A DNA stretch of 41,234 nt from a virus (taxonomy: Duplodnaviria; Caudoviricetes): positions 1-41,234 of IMG/VR virus record IMGVR_UViG_3300045006_000100; one strand, written 5' to 3'. Both the position numbers and the translations under genes were made by a program. Positions 9,308 to 18,394 of this stretch are shown here, piece after piece. The notes under the pieces are model-generated. The model saw only the letters and a list, made by a program, of their open reading frames with translations. It was not told the DNA's origin and ran no database searches. Each line of letters begins with the position of its first letter. The first letter of the stretch is position 1.

Positions 9308-10792
9308 ATGAGCATAGCCTTTGACCTGGTCCCGTCCAACGCCATCGCGTCCGGCGTTTTCGTGGAGCAGAAGTACAAGCGGGCCGGCGTTCCCGGTCCC
9401 ATCCCGCAGCGCATCGCCGTGCTGGGTCAGTACAACGCCGGCAAGACGCCGACCGTCAACGTGGCCAAGAACGTGACCAGCGCCGACGAAGCCGCCAGCC
9501 TGTTCGGCTACGGCTCCATGTTGCACCGCATGGCCAAGAAGCTGTTCGACGCCATGGGCGCCGGAGCGGTCGACGTAGATTGTTTCCCGCTGGCCGCCGG
9601 AACCGGCGCCGCCACCGGCGGAACCATCACCGTGAGCGGTACCGCCAGCGCCGCTGGCACCATCAGCCTGTACATCGCCGGAGACCTGATCCAGGTTCCC
9701 GTTGCGTCCGGTGACAGCGCCACTACCATTGCCGCGGCTATCAATGCCGCTATCAATGCCGCTACCAGCTTACCGGTAACGGCTACTGTGGCTGCCGCCG
9801 TCGTTACCCTGGCGCCGCGCTGGGTAGGCCTGTCGGCCAACAGCATCACCATCCGCCAGGACCTGGGTAGCGGCCAGGCCAGCGCCGAGCCCACTGGCGT
9901 CACCCTGACCATCGTGGCATTGGGCGGTGGCGCCACCGACCCGGCTATTGATACCGCGTTGGCCAACTTCGGCGACACCTGGTACACCTGGGTGGTAACC
10001 CCGTACAGCACCGACACCAGCTTAGTGATGCTTGAGGCGGCCGGCGAGACCCGCGTGGGCCCCGGCGTCAAGCGGCCGTTCGCTGGCGTCTGCGGCTACA
10101 TCGATACCCGCACCAACTTCCTCACCTGGCTAAACAGCCGCAACAGCCCCTGGACTTCCGCCATTCCGGTGGAAGGATCGCCAAACCTTCCCGGCGAGAT
10201 CGCCGCTTCCGCCGTTGGCAAGGCCGCCGTGAGTGCCCAAGCCAACCCGGCCCGGCCGTTCAAGACTCTGGCCATTCCCGGAATCATGCCGGGCACCGCC
10301 GCCAACTGGACCTACGCGCAGCGCAATGCCGTCGAGGCCGCCGGTGGTTCGTCCACCTTCCTGGCAGCCGATGGCCTGGTGCACATCCACGACATGGTTA
10401 CCACCTACGTCACCAACGCCCTTGGTGCTGTGGACGAGTCTTGGCGCTTCACCGTCACCATCACCAACGTGCAGGCCAAAATCTACAGCCTGGACCAGCT
10501 GTTCCTGTCGGCGCCGTTCGACCGGGCCATCGTGGTGGACGACGCCGCGGTCACTGGCCTGGACTACGCGGTCAGTCCCAAGGTGGTCAAGGCCTTCATC
10601 ATCGACTTGATCGACAAGCAGTGGATTCCGAACGCCTGGAGCAAGGAGCGTGACAGCATCGTGGCCGGCATCGTGGCCGAGATCGACGTTGCCAATCCTG
10701 GCCGCATCAATGTCTTGGTGCCGGACGTCATCGCCGTCGGCCTGCGCATTATGGCCGTCAAGTACCAGTGGTCCTTCGCGGCCGCCGCCTGA
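9308..10792 (+). CDS. Tail sheath protein (Mu gpL-like)
   Basis: FGYGSMLHRM, AGTISLYIAG, GGATDP, PARP and GRINVLVP motifs; 494 aa. Confidence 0.95.
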   Translation: MSIAFDLVPSNAIASGVFVEQKYKRAGVPGPIPQRIAVLGQYNAGKTPTVNVAKNVTSADEAASLFGYGSMLHRMAKKLFDAMGAGAVDVDCFPLAAGTGAATGGTITVSGTASAAGTISLYIAGDLIQVPVASGDSATTIAAAINAAINAATSLPVTATVAAAVVTLAPRWVGLSANSITIRQDLGSGQASAEPTGVTLTIVALGGGATDPAIDTALANFGDTWYTWVVTPYSTDTSLVMLEAAGETRVGPGVKRPFAGVCGYIDTRTNFLTWLNSRNSPWTSAIPVEGSPNLPGEIAASAVGKAAVSAQANPARPFKTLAIPGIMPGTAANWTYAQRNAVEAAGGSSTFLAADGLVHIHDMVTTYVTNALGAVDESWRFTVTITNVQAKIYSLDQLFLSAPFDRAIVVDDAAVTGLDYAVSPKVVKAFIIDLIDKQWIPNAWSKERDSIVAGIVAEIDVANPGRINVLVPDVIAVGLRIMAVKYQWSFAAAA

Positions 10793-10804
10793 TAGGAGGG
10801 CATC

Positions 10805-11188
10805 ATGGGAGTGAGAGCGGGCGACATTCGCCAGGTAAAGATCAACAGCCGGGAGTTCGACCCGAAGGGTGAGGACGGCAACGTCAACATCGACGTGGGC
10901 GGCTTCACCAATACCTACGCGCTGAACGGCAACGGCACCGGCCACATCACGCAACGCCGCAAGGCTGCCGGGTTCAGCGACCTTCCGCTGTCGCTGGACG
11001 ATGCGCGCAAAGACCTGGAATTCCTCCAGAAGATCGCCGACGACGGTGACCCGGTACCGGTGGTCATGGTCCTGGCCAGCGGCAAGACCTACAGCGGCAG
11101 CCTGGTCCTGGTCGGCGACCTGGGAAAGGCCACTGGTGACGGAATAGCCACTGTGGAGATGCGAGGACAGAAGTTCGAGCAAATCTGA
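10805..11188 (+). CDS. Tail tube protein
   Basis: 127 aa after the sheath; SD AGGAGG; LASGKTYSG motif. Confidence 0.85.
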   Translation: MGVRAGDIRQVKINSREFDPKGEDGNVNIDVGGFTNTYALNGNGTGHITQRRKAAGFSDLPLSLDDARKDLEFLQKIADDGDPVPVVMVLASGKTYSGSLVLVGDLGKATGDGIATVEMRGQKFEQI

Positions 11189-11193
11189 TAAGC

Positions 11194-11211
11194 CGCCGGC
11201 GAAAGCCGGCG
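11194..11211 (+). other. GNRA hairpin after the tail tube gene
   Basis: CGCCGGC-GAAA-GCCGGCG. Confidence 0.7.
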
Positions 11212-11216
11212 CACTA

Positions 11217-11288
11217 CCTGGGCGAACGCAGTGGAGCGTGGCCGGTTCCTCCGGCCGGCCTGACGCGGTTCGAGCCCGCGGCCCGGGA
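11217..11288 (+). ncRNA. tRNA-like cloverleaf (non-decoding) in the tube-chaperone intergenic region
   Basis: Acceptor CCTGGGC/GCCCGGG+A; D arm ACGC-AGTGGA-GCGT; GCCGG-TTCCT-CCGGC arm; T arm CGCGG-TTCGAGC-CCGCG. No CCA, G at position 8, aberrant anticodon loop. Confidence 0.7.
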
Positions 11289-11312
11289 AAACCGTTTCGG
11301 AGGCGGGAAACC

Positions 11313-11726
11313 ATGAGTAACGAAAGCACCATAGGCGAAGACGTGGCGCTGGCCGAGATTGCCAGCATCAGCCAGGAATTCGACATCACCATCGACCACG
11401 ACAAGCAGCAGACCATCCTGCCGGTCGTCATGCAGGGGCGGCTGTACCTGGACGGCGACGTCATTGTCTACACGCTGGCGCGGCCCGTCGGGCAATTGCT
11501 GGAGTTGCGGTTCAGCGAGCCCACCGGCGGCCAGGCCGAGCGGGCTGGCAAGGGCGTCAAGGCCATCAAGCGGCCGGACGGTAGCAGCGAGATTGACGTA
11601 GGCGAAGCCACCCGTATGGTCAACCAGCTGGCCAGCGCCATGACTGGCGTGTCGGTGGGCCAGTTGCTGGACCTGCGCGCCCGCGACCGCAAGATCATGG
11701 AAGCCATCGTCGGTTTTTTCGACTAG
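11313..11726 (+). CDS. Tail assembly chaperone (G/E-type)
   Basis: SD GGAGG before ATG 11313; lies between tube and tape measure; ends ...GFFD on a slippery T run. Confidence 0.85.
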   Translation: MSNESTIGEDVALAEIASISQEFDITIDHDKQQTILPVVMQGRLYLDGDVIVYTLARPVGQLLELRFSEPTGGQAERAGKGVKAIKRPDGSSEIDVGEATRMVNQLASAMTGVSVGQLLDLRARDRKIMEAIVGFFD

Positions 11727-11899
11727 GCGACCCGGAGGAAATCCGACGGACGATATGGGCCGTGGGCGGCCGGTTTCACCTGGACGCCCGCGCCATGCCG
11801 CTTTCGGTCCTGCGGTTCTGGTATGAGGGGCACGTCGCCATGGCCGAAGAAGAGGCGGCAGAAGTCGAGAAGGCCAAGGCAGCGGCCGGGGGGAGATAG
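11712..11899 (+). CDS. -1 frameshift extension of the tail chaperone (GT/E'-type)
   Basis: GGT TTT TTC at 11712-11720. The -1 frame is open (RLGDPEEIRRTIWAVGGRFHLDARAMPLSVLRFWYEGH...) to TAG 11897-11899, which overlaps the tape measure GTG. Confidence 0.8.
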
Positions 11900-13728
11900 T
11901 GGCCACCAAGTTCACCATCAGCACAGTGTTCAACGCCATCGACCACATGACCGGCCCCATCGAGAAGATGAACGCTAAGGTGGGGAAGCTGGGCGACAAG
12001 ATCGACAACGCCGGCAAGGCGGCATCGTCCAGGTTTGGCAACCTGGGGGGTATCGCCAAGGGTGTTGGCGTGGCCATGGGCACGGCCGCAGTGGCCGCCG
12101 GTGCCGCCGTCTGGAAGCTTGCCACCCACGCGCAGGAAGCCGCCGACAGCGTAATGGACACCGCTGGGGCGCTTGGCATCAGCACCAGGGCCCTCCAGGA
12201 ATACCGGTATGTCGCCCAGTTGTCTGGCATGGAAACCGCCGACATGGACGCGGCCCTCACCAAATTGACCGTCAACCTGGGCAAGGGCGGCAAGGAAATG
12301 GACGCCACCCTTGCCATGCTGGGCCTAACCGCTGAGCAACTACGCGCGGCAGGCCCTGACCAGGTGCTGGAGTTGGTGGCGGAAGGTTTCAAGAACGTGA
12401 GCGACCCGGCGGCCAAGGCAGCCATCACCACGCAGCTATTCGGCAAGTCGTCGGTCAGAATGGTCGGGGCGCTGTCAGGAGGTGCCGAGGCAATTGCCAA
12501 GCTTCGCGAGGAAGCGCAAAAGTCTGGCTACGTCATGGACGAAACTGCCCTGGCAACTGGTGCTCGCATGGGAGACGCCATCGACCGGATGAAATTTGCC
12601 GCCGAAGGCGCGGCCAACAAGCTGGGGATTATGTTCATACCGGTGATGGAGAAGATGATCACCAGCGCCACCGGATTCCTGCAGAAGGCTGGGCCCGGCC
12701 TGGCTGGAACACTGGGCGGCCTGGGCGACATCGTCTCCACCACCTTCGACGCGCTGATGCCGGTGCTCAATTCCGTGTTCGGCATCCTGGGGCCGGTGCT
12801 TGGCTTGGTCGCCAGCGTCATGGGTGGTTTGGCGCCGTTGTTCGCCATGATTGGAACCCTGCTGGGCAAGATCATGCCGCTGGTCGGCGGACTGGCCGAG
12901 CTGGTCGGCGCCGTCTTGGCACCTGCATTCGAGCTGTTGATGCCGGTGTTGGAGCCGGTCTTCGACATTCTCGGCTTGGTCTTCGAGATCGTGTCGCCGA
13001 TTTTCAAGGTGCTGACCGCCGTGGTCCGAGGGGCCGTCAAGGTATTCAAGGACTTGCCGTGGCCGATCAAGGCGGTCATCGGCGTCATATTCCCGTTCAT
13101 CGGTATTCCCATGCTTATCAAGGCGGCCTGGGAGCCGATCAAGAAATTCTTTGGTCCAATATGGGACACCATCAAAGCCGGCGTGGAGGTGGCATGGACA
13201 GCCATTGAGGCGTTCTTGACTGGCCTGTGGGACAACATCACCAAGACGGCTACCGAGGTCTGGAACGCCATTCCGGAACTTGCGCAGTCTGCGGCCGCGG
13301 CGTTCATGTCCGCCTGGCAGGCCGTCGGCGACTTTTTCACTGGGCTATGGGGCGGAATCGTCAAAGCCTTCGATGATGCCGTCGCGTGGATCTTGCAGGC
13401 AATCCAGCCAATCTTGGACGTCATCAACACTGTCGGCAACGGACTGCAGGCGATCGGCATTGGCGGGCCCGTACTGACACCGGCTGTGGCTGGGGCCGGT
13501 CCTACCAATGCCCCCGCCTCGTCCACTATCGGCGGTGCAATGCCGGCCTGGATGAAGCCATCCGTCCCAATCTCGTCGCAGACCACGACCATCAACCGCA
13601 ATACCACCACGACTGGCACGCTGAACGTCAATTTCCCGAACGCCCCGGCCGGTACATCGGTCAAGCAGACCGGCCAAGCGCCCGGCATCAAGGTCAACAT
13701 GGGCAAGACAACAGGGGGGAGCCGATGA
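11899..13728 (+). CDS. Tape measure protein
   Basis: 609 aa, Ala/Gly-rich helical, Trp/Phe periodicity; follows the chaperone. Confidence 0.92.
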   Translation: MATKFTISTVFNAIDHMTGPIEKMNAKVGKLGDKIDNAGKAASSRFGNLGGIAKGVGVAMGTAAVAAGAAVWKLATHAQEAADSVMDTAGALGISTRALQEYRYVAQLSGMETADMDAALTKLTVNLGKGGKEMDATLAMLGLTAEQLRAAGPDQVLELVAEGFKNVSDPAAKAAITTQLFGKSSVRMVGALSGGAEAIAKLREEAQKSGYVMDETALATGARMGDAIDRMKFAAEGAANKLGIMFIPVMEKMITSATGFLQKAGPGLAGTLGGLGDIVSTTFDALMPVLNSVFGILGPVLGLVASVMGGLAPLFAMIGTLLGKIMPLVGGLAELVGAVLAPAFELLMPVLEPVFDILGLVFEIVSPIFKVLTAVVRGAVKVFKDLPWPIKAVIGVIFPFIGIPMLIKAAWEPIKKFFGPIWDTIKAGVEVAWTAIEAFLTGLWDNITKTATEVWNAIPELAQSAAAAFMSAWQAVGDFFTGLWGGIVKAFDDAVAWILQAIQPILDVINTVGNGLQAIGIGGPVLTPAVAGAGPTNAPASSTIGGAMPAWMKPSVPISSQTTTINRNTTTTGTLNVNFPNAPAGTSVKQTGQAPGIKVNMGKTTGGSR

Positions 13729-14963
13729 GCTACTTGGACCGCCTGCGCACCTGCGCCTACCGCTCGCCGTCCGGATCAACCTTCAACCTGCAGTTCGACG
13801 AGGTCAGCCGCAACGGCGCCAAGAAGGCCGCCATCCATGAGCTGCCGCAACAGAACAAGCCGGACGTGCAAGACTTGGGCAACGCCGGCGAGCGCTTCAC
13901 GCTGGACGTTTACATCACCGGAGCCGACTACGACCAGCAATCCGACCGGTTCTACGCGGCCCTGGGCGAGAAGGGCCCCGGCGGACTGGGCCACCCACGC
14001 TATGGCGACATCACCGTCCTGCCGCTCACCTGGTCGCAGACTGAGAGCTTTGTCGATGGCATGGGCCGGGCCGATTTCTCCATCGAGTTCATCGCGGCAC
14101 CAGCGACGGTGGCGTTCCCGATTACGACCGTCATGCAACGGGAGTCGATCAACATCCAGGTGGCCGACGTGGCAGCGGCATCATCAGCCGCGTTTATCGA
14201 AGATTTCGCACCAATTGATGCGGCCGACTTGTCCACCTGCAAGACGTCCATCCTGGACACCCTGCAGAGCATCACCGACGGTTTTGCCGCCATTGCCAAT
14301 GGTTTCGATGAGGTTGGACGCGAGATCGCCAGCCAGATTTCGGCCATCGAGTCCACGATTGACGACCTGATCGCCGCCCCCGGCCGCCTGTTCGACTCCA
14401 TGCAGGGCCTCTACAATCTGGTAGCCGACCTTCCAACTAGTATCCAGGACAAACTCTTGGCCTACGGTGCGCAGATCGAGGACCTGGTCGAGCGTATTGT
14501 CGGTTCCCCGCCAACCACCACCTCGCAGGCCGCGCTGGCGGTTGCCACCGCCTCCATGATCGTCACTTCGACGGCCATGTCCACTACTACCGGCGACACC
14601 GCCAGCCGGCAGGAGGCGGTCGCCAACGCCGAACAGATCGCCGCCATTCAGGCGACCGGCCAAGCCGTCGTCGAGCAGACGGAGGCCGCAGTCGCCGCAA
14701 CTGGATACCAGCCCGACCCGGTCGCGTTGGCTGCCGTGGTCGACCTGATGGCCAAGACCAGCGCTGCCGTGCTCCAGTCGTCGTTCAATCTACGCAGCGA
14801 GCGCCGCGTTGTCCTGGAGGCTGAGACGCCAATCCCAGTGTTGCTATGGCGCTTCTACGGCGCCCTGGATGCGCTGGACGAGTTCATCGCGTCGAATGAC
14901 TTGCAGGGCGACGAAATCCTGATAGTGCCAGCCAACCGGGAGGTGGTCTACTATGTCGGATGA
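13725..14963 (+). CDS. Mu gpN-like DNA circularisation / tail initiator protein
   Basis: Start at ATG 13725. HELPQ...VQDLG and GPGGLGHPRYG N-terminal motifs; C-terminal LysM-like end (FIASNDL). Confidence 0.88.
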   Translation: MSYLDRLRTCAYRSPSGSTFNLQFDEVSRNGAKKAAIHELPQQNKPDVQDLGNAGERFTLDVYITGADYDQQSDRFYAALGEKGPGGLGHPRYGDITVLPLTWSQTESFVDGMGRADFSIEFIAAPATVAFPITTVMQRESINIQVADVAAASSAAFIEDFAPIDAADLSTCKTSILDTLQSITDGFAAIANGFDEVGREIASQISAIESTIDDLIAAPGRLFDSMQGLYNLVADLPTSIQDKLLAYGAQIEDLVERIVGSPPTTTSQAALAVATASMIVTSTAMSTTTGDTASRQEAVANAEQIAAIQATGQAVVEQTEAAVAATGYQPDPVALAAVVDLMAKTSAAVLQSSFNLRSERRVVLEAETPIPVLLWRFYGALDALDEFIASNDLQGDEILIVPANREVVYYVG

Positions 14964-16029
14964 CGTGCGCCTCACCATCGGCGCGCTGGATTTCAAGGGA
15001 TGGGAAGGCGTCACCATAACCAGGGCGCTGGACACAGTGGCCGATGCATTCAGCCTGTCAGCACCGTTCGACCCCGGCCGGCCGGAGCTTGTCCAGGCGT
15101 TCAAGCCGTTCAGTTACCCATTGGCGACCATCAAGATCGACGACGACCTGATACTCACCGGGCGCGTCGAAGTCGTCGACCCGGCCAGTTCCGCCGATGA
15201 CCGAGTCATCAACGTCCAGGGCCGCAGCCTCACCGGTGCGCTTGTCGATTGCCAGATCGACGGCCAGGGATACCAGTTCCAGGGAATGAGCCTCAAGGCC
15301 ATTGCTGAGAAGCTGTGCCGGCCGTTCAGCATTGACGTGGTCAGCCAAGTTGGAGCCGGTCCGGTCAAAGCTGCGGCGCTTGGAGCGTCCACAATCGCCG
15401 ATGCCGAGAGGGCGTTGGAGGAGTCCCGCGCCGATCCCGGGGCCACCGTATTCGACTACCTCCAAGGCATCGCCAAGCCGGCCGGGCTTTTGCTGACAGG
15501 TGACGAGCGCGGGCACCTGCTGATCATCAGGCCGGCTGCCAATACACCGCCGGTGGCGGCCCTGGTCGAAGGCATTGGCCATTGCAAGGCCTTCTCCGCG
15601 AGCTACAATGGCGCCGCCCGCTGGAGCCGCTACAAGATCGTCATGCAGGTTGACGGGGCCACCAATATCAATGGCATGGCCTTTGACAGCGGCGTCGGAA
15701 TCTACCGGCCCAAGGTCATCACCGGGGCTGATGGCGACGCTACGGCCATCACCAAAGCAGCGGAGATGCAACGCGCGCTGGCCTACGCCGGAGCGGTTGT
15801 CGTGTCGGTCATCGTTACAGGCTGGCGCAATACTGACGGCACCGTCTGGACGCCTGGCCAGGTAGTCACTGTGAAGGCGCCGGGCATTTTTATCACGCGG
15901 GAGACGTCGTTCATTGTGCGCCAGGCGACGCTGTCGCTGGATGCGTCCGAAGGCCGTACCACCGCGCTTGACCTGGTATTGCCGGCCACCTTCTCCGGCC
16001 AGATGCCGGCCGTAGAGCCGTGGGCGTAA
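14953..16029 (+). CDS. Baseplate hub (Mu gpP/gp44-like)
   Basis: FKGWEGVTI, GRSLTGALVDC, GWRNTDGTVWTPG and G.TT.L.L motifs. Confidence 0.9.
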   Translation: MSDDVRLTIGALDFKGWEGVTITRALDTVADAFSLSAPFDPGRPELVQAFKPFSYPLATIKIDDDLILTGRVEVVDPASSADDRVINVQGRSLTGALVDCQIDGQGYQFQGMSLKAIAEKLCRPFSIDVVSQVGAGPVKAAALGASTIADAERALEESRADPGATVFDYLQGIAKPAGLLLTGDERGHLLIIRPAANTPPVAALVEGIGHCKAFSASYNGAARWSRYKIVMQVDGATNINGMAFDSGVGIYRPKVITGADGDATAITKAAEMQRALAYAGAVVVSVIVTGWRNTDGTVWTPGQVVTVKAPGIFITRETSFIVRQATLSLDASEGRTTALDLVLPATFSGQMPAVEPWA

Positions 16030-16039
16030 GGGGTAGGCC

Positions 16040-16462
16040 ATGGGATTGATTGCCACACTGGTCAAACTGACCGACGCAAGGTTCGACACCAAGGGCAACG
16101 CGCCCGGACAGTCTGTTGTCGCCACCGCCGAAGGTATCGACGGCCAGACGCTGACGCCGGAGGTCTACCAGGCACCCGGCATGGCGGCGGTTCCACCAGA
16201 CGGCGCGCGGGCCGTCTACATCCAGGTCGGCGCGTCCGGCCGTTACGGGGTAGTCATCGCCGTCCAGAATTACCAGATCGAGCTTGACCTGGCCGCCGGC
16301 GAGGCCGCCATCTACAGCACTACCAGCGATGGCAAGACGGTAAAGGCCAAGACAGTCCACAAGGCGGATGGCAGCATCAAGGCGGAAAACGACAACGGGT
16401 ATTTCGAGCTGCAGCCCAACGGCAAATTCAGCGCCAACGGCAACCTGGAGGTTGATCCGTGA
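16040..16462 (+). CDS. Baseplate spike (Mu gp45/gpV-like), short
   Basis: YQAPGMAAVPPDG and LAAGEAAIYS motifs. Confidence 0.82.
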   Translation: MGLIATLVKLTDARFDTKGNAPGQSVVATAEGIDGQTLTPEVYQAPGMAAVPPDGARAVYIQVGASGRYGVVIAVQNYQIELDLAAGEAAIYSTTSDGKTVKAKTVHKADGSIKAENDNGYFELQPNGKFSANGNLEVDP

Positions 16463-16842
16463 GCCTGAAAACCATAGCTGTCGACGGTTTCAGCTACGAG
16501 CTGTCCGACCCGGCCGTGTCCGCCACAGTTACGCTGACCGGCCAGCCATCGGCGAAATGCAAGGCCGGCGGCAAGGGAATCTGCAAAGACGGGTTCTCCG
16601 CTACCATTGCGGCCATCACCAAGCCCCCGGCAACCATCCCGGACCCGGGGCCGTACAGCGTCCAGTTCAGCGCAACGGCGGCCAAGGCGAAGGCTGATGG
16701 CAGCCTGGTGCTCCGGGTTGATGACACGACGGGCGACGTCACAGCCACGCCGCAGGTGCCAGGCAATCCGCCGTCACCGTCACTGGTGACGTTCCACCTT
16801 AAAATCAGCGCGGCAGGCCAGACAAAAGCCAAGGGGGCTTGA
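16459..16842 (+). CDS. PAAR-like spike tip protein (probable)
   Basis: 127 aa after the spike; KCKAGGKG...KAKADGSLVLR...ISAAGQTKAK pattern. Confidence 0.6.
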   Translation: MSLKTIAVDGFSYELSDPAVSATVTLTGQPSAKCKAGGKGICKDGFSATIAAITKPPATIPDPGPYSVQFSATAAKAKADGSLVLRVDDTTGDVTATPQVPGNPPSPSLVTFHLKISAAGQTKAKGA

Positions 16843-16871
16843 TTGCGGTTATTGCATCACAGTGATACAAT
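16843..16871 (+). promoter_or_regulatory. Sigma70-type promoter with operator copy 3 (TTGCATCACAGTGATACAA, 16852-16870)
   Basis: TTGCGG-N17-TACAAT, the same geometry as the 2742 promoter. Confidence 0.8.
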
Positions 16872-16877
16872 CGAGGT

Positions 16878-17306
16878 ATGGCGATGAGCTTTGACGGAGA
16901 CCCGAAAATCATAGGCGCAGGCGACTGCGACTTGCAGATCATCGACGGTCAGCCTGTCATGGACGCCGGCCTGGAGAACGCCGTCACCCTGTCGCTGTTT
17001 TGTTCGTCCAACTGGTGGGGCAACGCCATCGCTGGCGACTATGGCGCGACCGGTAGCGTGTTCGAGGACATTCTGGCTGGCCCCCTGACCGCAAAAACCA
17101 TTTTGGACGCCGAGGCCGCCGCCCGAACGTCGCTGGCTTGGTTGATTGACCAGGGTATCGCCAAGTTGGTTGATGCGGCAGCCACCATCCCGGCAGTCGG
17201 CATGCTTGGCTTGGCTATCACCATCGAGCAACCGGACCGGTCCATCCAGATCCGGTATTCCATCAACTGGCAGACCATGGCGGTCAGCGCGGGGGCAGCG
17301 GCATGA
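16878..17306 (+). CDS. Baseplate wedge protein (Mu gp46-like)
   Basis: GLENAVTLSLF, WWGN and ARTSLAWLIDQGIA motifs. Confidence 0.9.
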   Translation: MAMSFDGDPKIIGAGDCDLQIIDGQPVMDAGLENAVTLSLFCSSNWWGNAIAGDYGATGSVFEDILAGPLTAKTILDAEAAARTSLAWLIDQGIAKLVDAAATIPAVGMLGLAITIEQPDRSIQIRYSINWQTMAVSAGAAA

Positions 17307-18394
17307 TCACCATCCCGACCATCAACCAGATCCGTGACCAGATCATCGCAGACATTGAGGGCAAGATCGGCCAAACCGTGCCAGCCTTGCCGAAGGCGTT
17401 TTTCCGTGTCTTGGCCACCGCCATGGCCGGGGTAATCGCCTTGCTATACCGGTTCGGGGCCTGGTCATATCGCCAGATTTTCCCGCAGACAGCCGACGCC
17501 GAAGCTTTAATGCGCATTGGCGCCCAGTACGGCATCAACCGCAAGTCGTCGGTTTCCGCCGTACTGACCGCACAAGCGACCGGAACTGATGGCGCTACAA
17601 TCCCGGCCGGAACGCTCTGGACGCGCAACGGAATAGTCTATCAACAGACTGCCTCCGTCGATATTGCCGCAGGCGTGGCGGCCATCACTTTGATGGCCAT
17701 GACCGCAGGTTCCGCTGCGAACATCGCCAACGGGCAGATTGTTGCCATCGGGTCGCCGCTGGCTGGTGTTGGCGACCAGGCCAGCGTTACCGCGACGACC
17801 ACTGCAGGCGAAGACCAAGAGGACTTGGAAACATACCGGCAGCGCATCATGCAGCGCATGGCCAACCGGCCGCAGGGTGGGGCCGCTCCGGACTACATCA
17901 GCTGGGCGCTGGAAGTAGCTGGTGTGGTCAAGGCGTTCGCCTTCCGGACCGCCGCCGGAGAGGTCACAGTCTACCCTTTGCAGGCGCTTACTGGCGTTCG
18001 GATTCCGGATGCGGGGAAACTTGCCGAGATCCAGACCTACCTCCAGGACACTCACCGCCGGCCGCTGTGCGCCAACGTCCTGGCGTCGGCAATGACGGAG
18101 CGAGTGCTTGCCGTCACGGTAACCAGCGTCAGCCCGGATACTTCGGCTGTCCGGTCAGCTGTGGCGGATGCCTGGGCGGCGTACTTGCTTCGTGCTTTCC
18201 CGATGCAGTATCCAGATGAGGCATTGCCAACGTGGCAAGTTACGTTGGCAGCACTATACGCGCAGGCCTTTGCCGCCGGTGCCATAGGGATTGTCATTAC
18301 GATGAGCATTGATGGAGTCCCTGGAACAATCCAGTTTTACACCTTACAGTCGTCAGAAATCATCAAGTTAGGGACCGTGACGTGGCCGGCGTAA
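17303..18394 (+). CDS. Baseplate J-like protein (Mu gp47)
   Basis: QIFPQTAD, GEDQEDLETYRQR and PQGGAAPDYISWALEVAGV motifs. Confidence 0.93.
   Translation: MITIPTINQIRDQIIADIEGKIGQTVPALPKAFFRVLATAMAGVIALLYRFGAWSYRQIFPQTADAEALMRIGAQYGINRKSSVSAVLTAQATGTDGATIPAGTLWTRNGIVYQQTASVDIAAGVAAITLMAMTAGSAANIANGQIVAIGSPLAGVGDQASVTATTTAGEDQEDLETYRQRIMQRMANRPQGGAAPDYISWALEVAGVVKAFAFRTAAGEVTVYPLQALTGVRIPDAGKLAEIQTYLQDTHRRPLCANVLASAMTERVLAVTVTSVSPDTSAVRSAVADAWAAYLLRAFPMQYPDEALPTWQVTLAALYAQAFAAGAIGIVITMSIDGVPGTIQFYTLQSSEIIKLGTVTWPA

Noticed and set aside
9731-9765. Short tandem repeat GCTATCAATGCC in the sheath gene
   Set aside because: Explained by the AAAINAAINAA peptide common in sheath proteins.
11217-11288. 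Functional tRNA-Gly(TCC)
   Set aside because: A 7-nt loop reading needs G32 and a pyrimidine at 37; U8, the Levitt pair and CCA are missing. Kept as tRNA-like only.
15866-15874. TCACTGTGA (and ACACAGTGATA near 19670) as extra operator copies
   Set aside because: Partial matches inside coding sequence, without the flanking arms or a promoter.
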